From contig JAPPCV010000011.1 in assembly GCA_028824715.1 (NCBI GenBank), positions 60,066 to 124,065 on the forward strand: DNA of 64,000 bases, given 5' to 3'. Origin of the DNA: Boseongicola sp. GTDB lineage: Bacteria > Pseudomonadota > Alphaproteobacteria > Rhodobacterales > Rhodobacteraceae. The position numbers were made by a program, and so were the translations under genes. Positions within the stretch are counted from its first letter, which is position 1, and each line of letters begins with the position of its first letter. Below the pieces are notes generated by a model. It did not search any database. It was not told the origin of the DNA and was given only the letters and a program-made list of their open reading frames with translations. Of the stretch, positions 10,141 to 17,699 are shown one piece after another.

Positions 10141-10806
10141 TCATCCCAATGTCATGGTCAGTGCCAGCTCACACGCTGACACCAGGCAAGTTGGAACGAA
10201 GCCGCGCCCGGGACGGGACAAGTCCTTGCACGCACTTGATAGATATTCTGAGCCAAAGACCATCTGGATCGAACTCTGAAGAGGTCGGACGGGCATCAAG
10301 GGTGGCCCGGCCGAAGTTCGCCAGGCCTCTTCGGTTTCTTTCTGCCGTTCCTTGATCCAGGCAATCATGTCGTTGCAGCCCGCAATATCACGCTGGATCG
10401 CCTCCCGTGCTTTCCCGCCGTCACCGCTACGCAGGCCGTCGAGCACGTCGTAGCGGGCGTGTTGTTCCATGGCCGCCTTTCCCAACGCTTCCAATTGGTA
10501 GATGCGCAGAATTGGCCCTTTCAGCGCCCACATGTTTTCCACGGTCGCATGCACCAATGGCATATCCGCAACAGCCATAAGGTTGCAATGGAACCGGCGA
10601 TTGAGACGCGCTGCTCGTGTCGGGTTGCCACGAGCTGCTTCGACAAGCTGATTCTGAATGTCTTCAAGGCTCTTGTGCTGCTGGGGCGTGATCTTCTGTG
10701 CCGCAACTTCCGCGGCTTCGCCCTCGAGCGAAAACCCGATCCGCTGGATTTCGCGAAATTGATCGGGCGTCAGTTCCGGGACGTGAATAGCCGTGGCCGC
10801 CTTCAT
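10141..10806 (-). pseudogene. GntR-family regulator reduced to its FCD ligand-binding domain (winged-HTH missing)
   Basis: FCD-like helices are present (FSLEGEAAEVAAQKITPQQHKSLEDIQ...NRRFHCNLM...HARYDVLDGL). The ORF begins directly at the breakpoint with the IS fragment and has no HTH. Confidence 0.55.
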
Positions 10807-10834
10807 TTCGAGCGCCCTCGATGGCCTGATCGCG

Positions 10835-11239
10835 TCACCAGCGCATCGCGCTGCGGTCCGATCCGGAGACCGTCAGCCGGTGGAGCACGGTCATGAACGC
10901 CGCCCGCTCGACGTCGAACCGGTGCCGGCGGCCGACGAGCAGCGACCGGATCGTGTCCCGGCACCCGGTCTCCCGCCACAGCCGCTCGAAGACCAGGGCC
11001 GGGCCGATGGAGGCGACCCTGGCGTCCGGCTCCGCGCCGGCGCCCTCGGCAAGGACCATCAGGCGCTCGGCGAAGCGGGCGCCGGAACGCAGGAGCCGGT
11101 CGACGGCGCCGCTGGCGGCGAGCCTGTCGAGCCGGCCGAGCGTGGCGACGACCGTCTGCCTGACCCTTTTGCCCTCGCGGCGGTTCTGGACGATCTGGAG
11201 GCACTCGTGCGGGCCGGACCTCTTGACACGGACGAACAT
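10835..11239 (-). pseudogene. N-terminal fragment of an IS1634-family transposase
   Basis: MFVRVKRSGPHECLQIVQNRREGKRVRQTVVATLGRLD is the typical IS1634 N-terminus. Only about 135 codons remain before the junction at about 10835. Confidence 0.6.
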
Positions 11240-11468
11240 GGCGGCGCCCCCTTCGGGCACCACACATCCTGAAGAAGGATGCCATGCCCGCAATGCAAAG
11301 GGAAATCGCAACAATGACCGCCTGCTCTTCACATTTTCATGGCACGACAATCCTGCATGCCACCCCGGGACCGGAGTCCCAGGGCGCTGAATTTTTTGGA
11401 ATCCGACTGCGGAGAACTCCAGGATCGAGGATTTGCTGTCGAAGACGGGTGATACAGGCTGTTTCGCA

Positions 11469-11705
11469 ATGAGCAACGACAGTTCCGATACCCCGCGCAG
11501 CACAATTGGCGAGGTGACGGACCGCCCTGCCCAGGCTGAATCGATGCCTTCAGGTCCAGGCACGATCCGGCACTACCGGGTCGAGAAAGGGTTCGGTTTC
11601 ATCGCGCGTTTTGGCGAGCCGGACGTGTTCTTCCACGTGATCGATCTTGTCGACGGGCAATTTTCGGTTGGGATCGGGGACAGCCGATGTGATCCCGCAA
11701 GGTGA
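11469..11705 (+). CDS. Cold-shock-domain-like small protein (possibly degenerate)
   Basis: GTIRHYRVEKGFGFIARFGEPDVFFHVIDL matches the RNP1/RNP2 region of CspA-like proteins. The C-terminal half is atypical. Confidence 0.45.
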   Translation: MSNDSSDTPRSTIGEVTDRPAQAESMPSGPGTIRHYRVEKGFGFIARFGEPDVFFHVIDLVDGQFSVGIGDSRCDPAR

Positions 11706-11815
11706 CAACTGGAAAGTCATGAAGAATTGCGACAACAAGTGACATCAAAATCCTCACTTGCTTGCAATGCTGTCATTCAACATTTATGCTATCAAGTGAA
11801 GATATGGAGGATGAA

Positions 11816-12049
11816 ATGGCAACAATGACTGTTAGAAACCTGTCGGATGATGTGCATCGCCGCATCAAGTTTGTAGCGGGCCAACGCGGTATCAGCGCCG
11901 AGGCAGCAGCGCGTGAGCTATTGGACGAAGCAACGCGCCCTGCCGAAAAACTGGGTGATGTGGTTGTTTCGTTTGCGCGGCAACTCGACGTTGATTTCCC
12001 AGAAATCGAACGCTCTGACGAAACTTTGGAAGCGGCGGATTTCGGGTGA
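11816..12049 (+). CDS. FitA/VapB-like ribbon-helix-helix antitoxin
   Basis: MATMTVRNLSDDVHRRIKFVAGQRGISAEAAARELL. A GGAGG lies 6 nt upstream of the ATG at 11816. The stop overlaps the toxin start. Confidence 0.8.
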   Translation: MATMTVRNLSDDVHRRIKFVAGQRGISAEAAARELLDEATRPAEKLGDVVVSFARQLDVDFPEIERSDETLEAADFG

Positions 12050-12471
12050 TCGTACTGGACACAAACATAATCTCCGAGCCGAACAAACGCCTTCCGGCTC
12101 AGCAGGTAGTCGACTGGTTGAATAGCCAGCAGGCCCCGGCGTTGTTTACGACCACAATCAATGTGGCGGAACTTCGCTTTGGCATTGAGCGGTTGCCCGA
12201 CGGGAAGAAAAAAACCGCGCTTTGGGCCGCACTGGATTTCACGCTGGGTAGGCTTTGCGCCAACCGTATTCTGTCCTTTGATCTGCCTGCGGCTGAAGAA
12301 CTTGCGCGAATTAACACGCAATGCGAGGCGACAGGTAAGAAAATTGGTTTGGCGGACGCTCAGATAGCAGCGGTTGCCAAGGTCAACGGATTCGCCGTTG
12401 CGACACGAGACGCCACACCATTCGAACTTGCTGGCGTAACCGTCATTGATCCTTGGAAGTGGCCACAATGA
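12046..12471 (+). CDS. vapC: VapC/FitB-like PIN-domain toxin
   Basis: 141 aa. Motifs are MIVLDTNIISE and GLADAQIAAVAKVNGFAVATRD. The GTG start overlaps the antitoxin stop. Confidence 0.85.
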   Translation: MIVLDTNIISEPNKRLPAQQVVDWLNSQQAPALFTTTINVAELRFGIERLPDGKKKTALWAALDFTLGRLCANRILSFDLPAAEELARINTQCEATGKKIGLADAQIAAVAKVNGFAVATRDATPFELAGVTVIDPWKWPQ

Positions 12472-12540
12472 GCAGCGCAAACACTCTGTCAACTATCGAC
12501 AAGGCCGCCCGCTGAAACCGGGGTCGATTTGGGTAGGAGG

Positions 12541-12812
12541 GTGCGCCAGTCTATCTGGTGAATGTGCAGCGAGTGAAAGTCTCGCAGGAAGAAAAGGCTA
12601 ACCACCAACTTTCACGTGCGCCGTGGAAAGGCGCGTCATCCTTGTGGGTGCGAATCCCACCCAACAGTTTGTCGCTTCGGCTGGTAGCAGCCAGGGCGGC
12701 TTACGGAGGTAACAATGTAAGCTGAAGCACTCTGGCAGAAGGGCCGCCTTGGGCGGCTCAGCGAACAGGCAGGCCGGAACGCAAGTGAACGCCGAGCAGG
12801 CCTTGAAACAGG
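12541..12812 (+). ncRNA. Structured RNA segment resembling the 5' end (domain I) of a group II intron, truncated
   Basis: Begins GTGCG. It is followed by a chain of short hairpins: CCAG-TCTAT-CTGG, GCGAG-TGAAAGT-CTCGC, GCGCC-GTGGAAA-GGCGC, GTGGG-TGCGAAT-CCCAC and GGCCGCC-TTGG-GCGGC. No reverse transcriptase ORF or domain V follows. Confidence 0.4.
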
Positions 12813-12815
12813 CAA

Positions 12816-13055
12816 TGGATCACGCCGCATGTCATCAGGCACAGCTGCGGCTGCCATCTGCTTCGCTCCGGCGTCGACATCAACACCATCCGGGCGTGGC
12901 TCGGTGACGTGTCGCTCGAAACCACCAACATCTACGTCGAATTCGACCTCGAAGCGAAGGAGGAGGCGATGAAGTCCACATGTCCCGGCGATCCCGGAGA
13001 GCGGCCGCGATGGAAGGCGAAAGGCGGCTTGCTTGAGCAGTTGAAGGCAATCTGA
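12816..13055 (+). pseudogene. C-terminal fragment of a tyrosine recombinase/integrase
   Basis: ITPHVIRHSCGCHLLRSGVDINTIRAWLGDVSLETTNIYVEFDLEAKEEAM covers box II with the catalytic Tyr. There is no N-terminal part, and the frame opens only at 12807. Confidence 0.65.
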
Positions 13056-13064
13056 AGGCGAGAT

Positions 13065-13131
13065 CTTATGTCGGGCAGTCCCGGAGAAGGCTTCGTGCCG
13101 GCAGCGGGTCGCGATCGCTGCCCGACATAAG
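13065..13131. repeat. Perfect 14-bp inverted repeat with a 39-nt spacer
   Basis: CTTATGTCGGGCAG (13065-13078) and CTGCCCGACATAAG (13118-13131). ACATAAG recurs at 13143-13149. Confidence 0.9.
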
Positions 13132-13150
13132 AAGCTGCGCTACATAAGGA

Positions 13151-14332
13151 ATGAAGGGCTCGATTTTTGAGTTCGAGAGCGGGATCATCCGTGCCCGGAT
13201 GCTCGGGGCGTTGCAGGAGAAGGCGCGTCGCGGCGAACTACGCATCAACGTGCCGGTCGGGTATGTCTGGTACCGCGAGACGGACGGCCCCGTCCTCGAT
13301 CCCGACCTGCGGGTTCAGGAGGCCATCGGGCTGATCTTCGCCCGGTTCCGCGAACTGGGCAGCGCGCGGCAGGTCACGATCAGGTTCCGGGCGGACGAGA
13401 TCCTCTTCCCACGCACGTTTGGTCAGGGAACGGTTCGGGAATGGCGGCAGCTCACCTACAGGAACGTCGTTACCATATTGAAGAACCCCTTCTATGCGGG
13501 CGCCTACGCCTGGGGAAAGACGGGCCAGAGAACATCCCTCGTCAACGGGCGGCCCCGCAAGAGCTCCGGCCACGGCAAGCCGGTCGAACAGTGGGTCTTG
13601 ATCCGGGACCACCACGACGGTTACATCGACTGGGCCGAGCACGAGCGCAACCTGGCCCGTCTGGCGGCCAACTCGCACGGCAAGAGCGGCGGTTCCAAGT
13701 CCGGGCGAGGCGGCCGGGCGCTGCTCGCCGGGCTCCTGTCTTGCGCGCGTTGCGGTCGGCGCCTGCAGGTGGCCTATTCCGGCGGCTCCACGGGGCGAGC
13801 CGTTTACCAGTGCAGGCAGGGCTTCGGCGAAGGGAAGCCGAGCTGTCAGGCCATGGCCGCGAAACGAGTCGACGCCGTCCTTGCCGCCGAGGCCATCCAG
13901 GTGACGCGGCCCTTGGCGGTCGAGGCCGCGCTGGAGGCGGAGCGGATGCTTGGGGAGACACTGGCGAAACAGCGCAAGGTGCTGGAACTCGAGCTGCAGC
14001 AGGCCCGCTACGATGCCTCGCTCGCTGAGCGCCGCTACGCCGCCTGCGATCTCGACAACCGGCTGATCGCGGCGCAGCTCGAGACGCGCTGGGAGGAGGC
14101 GCTCCGACGGGTCGCGGATTGCGAGGCCCGCAACCGGCCGGCACCGGAGCCGGCCACGGACACGCGGGGCTTCACGAGCCTCGCGGACGATCTCGAGGCC
14201 GCCTGGAACGCGCCGACGACCACCATGCGCGCGCGCCAGCAGCTCCTGCGCACCCTGATCGCCGACATCGTTGCCGATGCGTGCGAGAAGACGCGATCGA
14301 AACAGCAGCGCTCCGTGTTTTTGAGACACTGA
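13151..14332 (+). pseudogene. Large serine recombinase lacking the catalytic N-terminal domain and the C-terminal end
   Basis: The ORF starts inside the end of the resolvase domain (FEFESGIIRARMLGALQEKARRGE). It then has the recombinase domain, a zinc ribbon (CARCGRRL...YQCRQ) and a coiled coil. No Ser nucleophile region is present. Confidence 0.7.
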
Positions 14333-14387
14333 CCCTGACATGAGAGATCGAATCTGGGCGTCTGTCAGTGGCATCGGACTTTCGCGT

Positions 14388-14407
14388 TGTCCAACATCTG
14401 TCCAACA
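14388..14407 (+). repeat. Tandem TGTCCAACA repeat (11-bp period)
   Basis: TGTCCAACA-TC-TGTCCAACA, located between the recombinase remnant and the tRNA. Confidence 0.85.
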
Positions 14408-14519
14408 ATACGACGCGATCTATGGTTCGTGGTGAGTCGGCATGTTCAGCGGCCCAAAAAAAACTACCAAGCAAAAACATTGCTTTATGGTGATCTTGAG
14501 GAAATATGAGAAACCCCAT

Positions 14520-14594
14520 TGGAGCGGGCGATGAGATTCGAACTCACGACCCTTACCTTGGCAAGGTAATGCTCTACCCCTGAGCTACGCCCGC
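14520..14594 (-). tRNA. tRNA-Gly (anticodon GCC), CCA encoded
   Basis: The reverse complement folds as GCGGGCG-TA-GCTC-AGGGGTA-GAGC-A-TTACC-TTGCCAA-GGTAA-GGGTC-GTGAG-TTCGAAT-CTCAT-CGCCCGC-TCCA. Confidence 0.95.
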
Positions 14595-14808
14595 GCTCCG
14601 TTTGGTGGAACGGGGATATTGATGTTGAATGGCTTCTGCAAGCGGAAACCGCCAACCAAATGCGGCAAATTGCAGGACATGCGCACACATGCCGCAATGC
14701 GCCGATCGAGATCGAGACCACGGGTCACGGTGCATGCTGAATTCGAGCGGACGGTCCCAAGGGCGTGGTGGCGTGACACTGGTTCGGCCTTCGCATTCCG
14801 CGTCCGCG

Positions 14809-15660
14809 CTACGTGTCAAGCGCCTCGAGAATTATCCCGCGCAGCTTGTCAGCAACAACATTCGGCCTGTGACGGGTCATCGAAACGTGCCCAAGCCCCT
14901 CCAGTTCGTGGAACACGCCTTTCGGGGCGAGGTCGGCGACCACCTTGCACATGGACGGCGCGGTCTGGACGTCTTCGGAAAAGCTGATGACATGCATCGG
15001 AACCGGGCATGTCTTCAAGGCTTCACGGCAGTCGAAGTCGAGGCAGGCTTGCCATTGATCGATCAAGTCCTGCGGATCACGGTCCGCGAAACGGGTCGTG
15101 TAGGCTTCCTTGACCTTCTCCCAAAGCTCCGGGTCGTGCAGCGCCTTGGCCGGGAAAGCGTAGGGGGCGTAGTGCGGTGCGAGGAAATACTCAGGCAGGG
15201 AAATGCCGTCCTTCCGGAGGTCGATCTCCGCCTGCATCCAGTCCTTGGTGAAGCCGTCGATGAAGGCAGCGGTTCCCATGGGAATGGCCAGGCGGACTTT
15301 CTCCGGAAAATCTATGGCCACCTGTTGGGTCACGAGACCCCCAAGGGAAAGGCCGCAGACGACCGCGCTTCCGTCGCAATGCGCGTCGATCACGGCCGCG
15401 CAGTCGCGCGCAAAGTCCGCGATCGTCCACGGGGCCGGCGGCGAGGTCGTCTTTCCCGCGCCGCGCGGGTCGTAGGAGACGCAGCGGAAAGCGTCCGACA
15501 GGAGCGCGAACTGCTGGGAATAGCTTTCGGCAGTCGCATCTCCTCCAGGAATGAAGACAACGTCCGGCCCGTGGCCGTCGATGACCACGCGCATGGCGAC
15601 TTCGTCATTCGCAAAGTGATGGATTGCCGCCTTCGGGCCAAAGTCGGGAAATGCGCCCAC
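14809..15660 (-). CDS. Alpha/beta-fold hydrolase
   Basis: Nucleophile elbow GLSLGG plus the typical HGPDVVFIPGG N-terminus. Start chosen at the GTG at 15658-15660, preceded by GGAGAG. It is the last gene of the operon. Confidence 0.8.
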   Translation of the reverse strand: MGAFPDFGPKAAIHHFANDEVAMRVVIDGHGPDVVFIPGGDATAESYSQQFALLSDAFRCVSYDPRGAGKTTSPPAPWTIADFARDCAAVIDAHCDGSAVVCGLSLGGLVTQQVAIDFPEKVRLAIPMGTAAFIDGFTKDWMQAEIDLRKDGISLPEYFLAPHYAPYAFPAKALHDPELWEKVKEAYTTRFADRDPQDLIDQWQACLDFDCREALKTCPVPMHVISFSEDVQTAPSMCKVVADLAPKGVFHELEGLGHVSMTRHRPNVVADKLRGIILEALDT

Positions 15661-15671
15661 CGCTTCTCTCC

Positions 15672-17696
15672 TCACACAAGATCCCGAGGCACATCCTCGT
15701 TCCATTGCCGTTCGGCCACGATTCCGTCGGCATCGCGCGCGACAAGACTGGCTTCGATTCGCCAGCAATCTCGCAATGCGTGCACGCTGACTTCGGTCCT
15801 CACCTCTGCCTTCCAGTCACCGCGCGAATAGGACTCGCACCAGTGGCAGGTCCCGATGGCGGAATTCGGATCTTCGGGATGGACATGGAATCGCTCGCTG
15901 CTGCTGCGCTTCACCGTGAGGCCGGTATGCATGTGTGTCGCGGATCCGGCGTCGCTGCTTCGCGAGTACGTCTCGCCGCCCGTGCAAAGGTCGATATCGC
16001 GTCGCCGGTCGTATTGGCTTCGGGAATGCAGCTTGATCGGGGCAGGACTGGCGCCCTCCGGAGGCGGAAACAGGGCCAGCTCTTCGTCGCTGTCACGAGT
16101 CGGGCGAACCGGCAGGTCAAGCCTTGCGCTTCCGGGCTCGATCCTGAGTGTCGCCTTCTCGATAGACGGCCAGATCACTGGCCACAGGGCCGTGGACAGC
16201 GCGAGACGAAGCCGCTGGCCCTTGTCGACACGTTGCCCGCAGGCGTTGAGTTGAATCGTTACTGGCTGTGGCTGCGCCAACGGCATTGGCTCGGGACTTG
16301 CGTGGCTTGCCCTGTGGGTCAGGTTCAGGACTCCGTAGCTGACGAGGGTCGCGCGGCCATCCTCGCGCACGGCCGAGAGGACGGCCGCGACATTCGCCTG
16401 ATGTGAGGCGCTTGCGACTTCTGCGTGAAATTGCGGAAAGCCAAAGAGATCGACATTTTCGTCGAGAACGTCCGTCTCGAAGATCGTCATCAAGCCGGCC
16501 TCGCCGTTCTGGTCCAAGGGACCGTCGGGAACCGCCCCGTACCCGCACCATGCGCCCGACGTCCATCCGGCAGTCTCTGCTGAGGAAATCGTGATGGCCT
16601 TCCTCGATGGCGTGCCCGTCAGCCCATTCTCCCCCGGGTGAAGGGAGAGAACTTCCATCCCGCCGCCATTCCATCCGGGTTCCGCCACCCAACGACCGGG
16701 CCGGTCTTCGTGGCGCGGTGACGGTGCCAAAGCAGAGTTGATCCAGGCACGGAGTTGCGGTTCGTCCATTATGCCGGTGTCGATGTCCTTGAGATGCTGG
16801 TCCCACCAGCGAAGGCATTCCTGCAGGAAGCCGATGCGCGGCCCGGGCTTCGCGAAGTGCGGATACTTGTGGGCCCATGGCCCGATCAGGCCTTTTTTCG
16901 GGCCCGGCAGGTGCTCCAGCAGACGGAAAATGGCATTGGTGTAGCCGTCCGCCCAGCCACCAACCGCATAGACTGGCACCTCGATGTCGGCGTAGTTCTC
17001 ACAGACCGAGCCGTGAGCATAAAACCCGTCCCGCCGCTGGTGCCGAAACCAGTCGAGCATCCACAGCCCGTTGTTTTCAAGCCGCTCCGCCCACATTTCC
17101 CGCCACCGGTCTCCCACGATTGCGGGATCGGGAGGCGTGTTGCAGATCGAGAAGGCCGTGGCCCCCCAGCTCAGCTTGTCGGTCAGCATGCAGCCGCCCA
17201 TGAAGTGGATGTCGTCGGCGTAGCGGTCGTCAGTGGAGCAGAGCGATATGACCGCGCCCAGCGCTTCCGGACGTCGGGCCGCGACCTGAAGCCCGTTGAA
17301 CCCGCCCCAGCTGATCCCGATCATTCCGACCTTTCCGGAACACCAGGGCTGGGCGGCAAGCCATTCGATCACGGCCAGGCAGTCGTCCTGTTCCTGCCTG
17401 AGATACTCTCCGAGGCAGACGCCTTCGCTGTCGCCCGTGCCGCGCATGTCGACACGAACGCCCGCATATCCATGGCCCGCAAAATACGGGTGGGTCAGGT
17501 GATCGCGCTCGACCGTTCCGTCACGCTTGCGATAGGGCAGGTACTCGAGGATTGCAGGCACCGGATCCGTTTCCGCGTCAACAGGAAGCCAGATTCGGGC
17601 CGCGAGCCTTGTTCCGTCAGGCATCGGGATCCAGGCGTTCTCGATTTCGCGGACCTCGCGCGGGAACTCGGTCCGGACTTCTGAACTCTCCAACAT
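15672..17696 (-). CDS. CocE/NonD-family serine hydrolase, paralogue 2
   Basis: 674 aa. Motifs are WIPMPDGTRLAARIWLP and GISWGG. It starts 3 nt after the stop of paralogue 3. Confidence 0.9.
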   Translation of the reverse strand: MLESSEVRTEFPREVREIENAWIPMPDGTRLAARIWLPVDAETDPVPAILEYLPYRKRDGTVERDHLTHPYFAGHGYAGVRVDMRGTGDSEGVCLGEYLRQEQDDCLAVIEWLAAQPWCSGKVGMIGISWGGFNGLQVAARRPEALGAVISLCSTDDRYADDIHFMGGCMLTDKLSWGATAFSICNTPPDPAIVGDRWREMWAERLENNGLWMLDWFRHQRRDGFYAHGSVCENYADIEVPVYAVGGWADGYTNAIFRLLEHLPGPKKGLIGPWAHKYPHFAKPGPRIGFLQECLRWWDQHLKDIDTGIMDEPQLRAWINSALAPSPRHEDRPGRWVAEPGWNGGGMEVLSLHPGENGLTGTPSRKAITISSAETAGWTSGAWCGYGAVPDGPLDQNGEAGLMTIFETDVLDENVDLFGFPQFHAEVASASHQANVAAVLSAVREDGRATLVSYGVLNLTHRASHASPEPMPLAQPQPVTIQLNACGQRVDKGQRLRLALSTALWPVIWPSIEKATLRIEPGSARLDLPVRPTRDSDEELALFPPPEGASPAPIKLHSRSQYDRRRDIDLCTGGETYSRSSDAGSATHMHTGLTVKRSSSERFHVHPEDPNSAIGTCHWCESYSRGDWKAEVRTEVSVHALRDCWRIEASLVARDADGIVAERQWNEDVPRDLV

Positions 17697-17699
17697 TGC

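Larger units (their letters stand above)
6320..14519. mobile_element. Decayed integrative/genomic island abutting the 3' end of tRNA-Gly
   Basis: Contiguous run of recombinase, transposase and intron fragments, TA modules and truncated genes. It ends at the 3' end of tRNA-Gly (14520). The left boundary is approximate. Confidence 0.55.

Noticed and set aside
10803-11285. 160-aa and 159-aa overlapping ORFs on both strands across the IS fragment
   Set aside because: The translations are extremely Arg/Pro/Gly-rich. The IS1634-type N-terminus in the third frame explains the region.
12645-12665. GGTGCGAATCC-like element reminiscent of a cobalamin riboswitch core
   Set aside because: There is no B12 box (GCCACTG-like) and no downstream regulated gene. 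The hairpin fits better as one of the serial stem-loops of the intron-like RNA.
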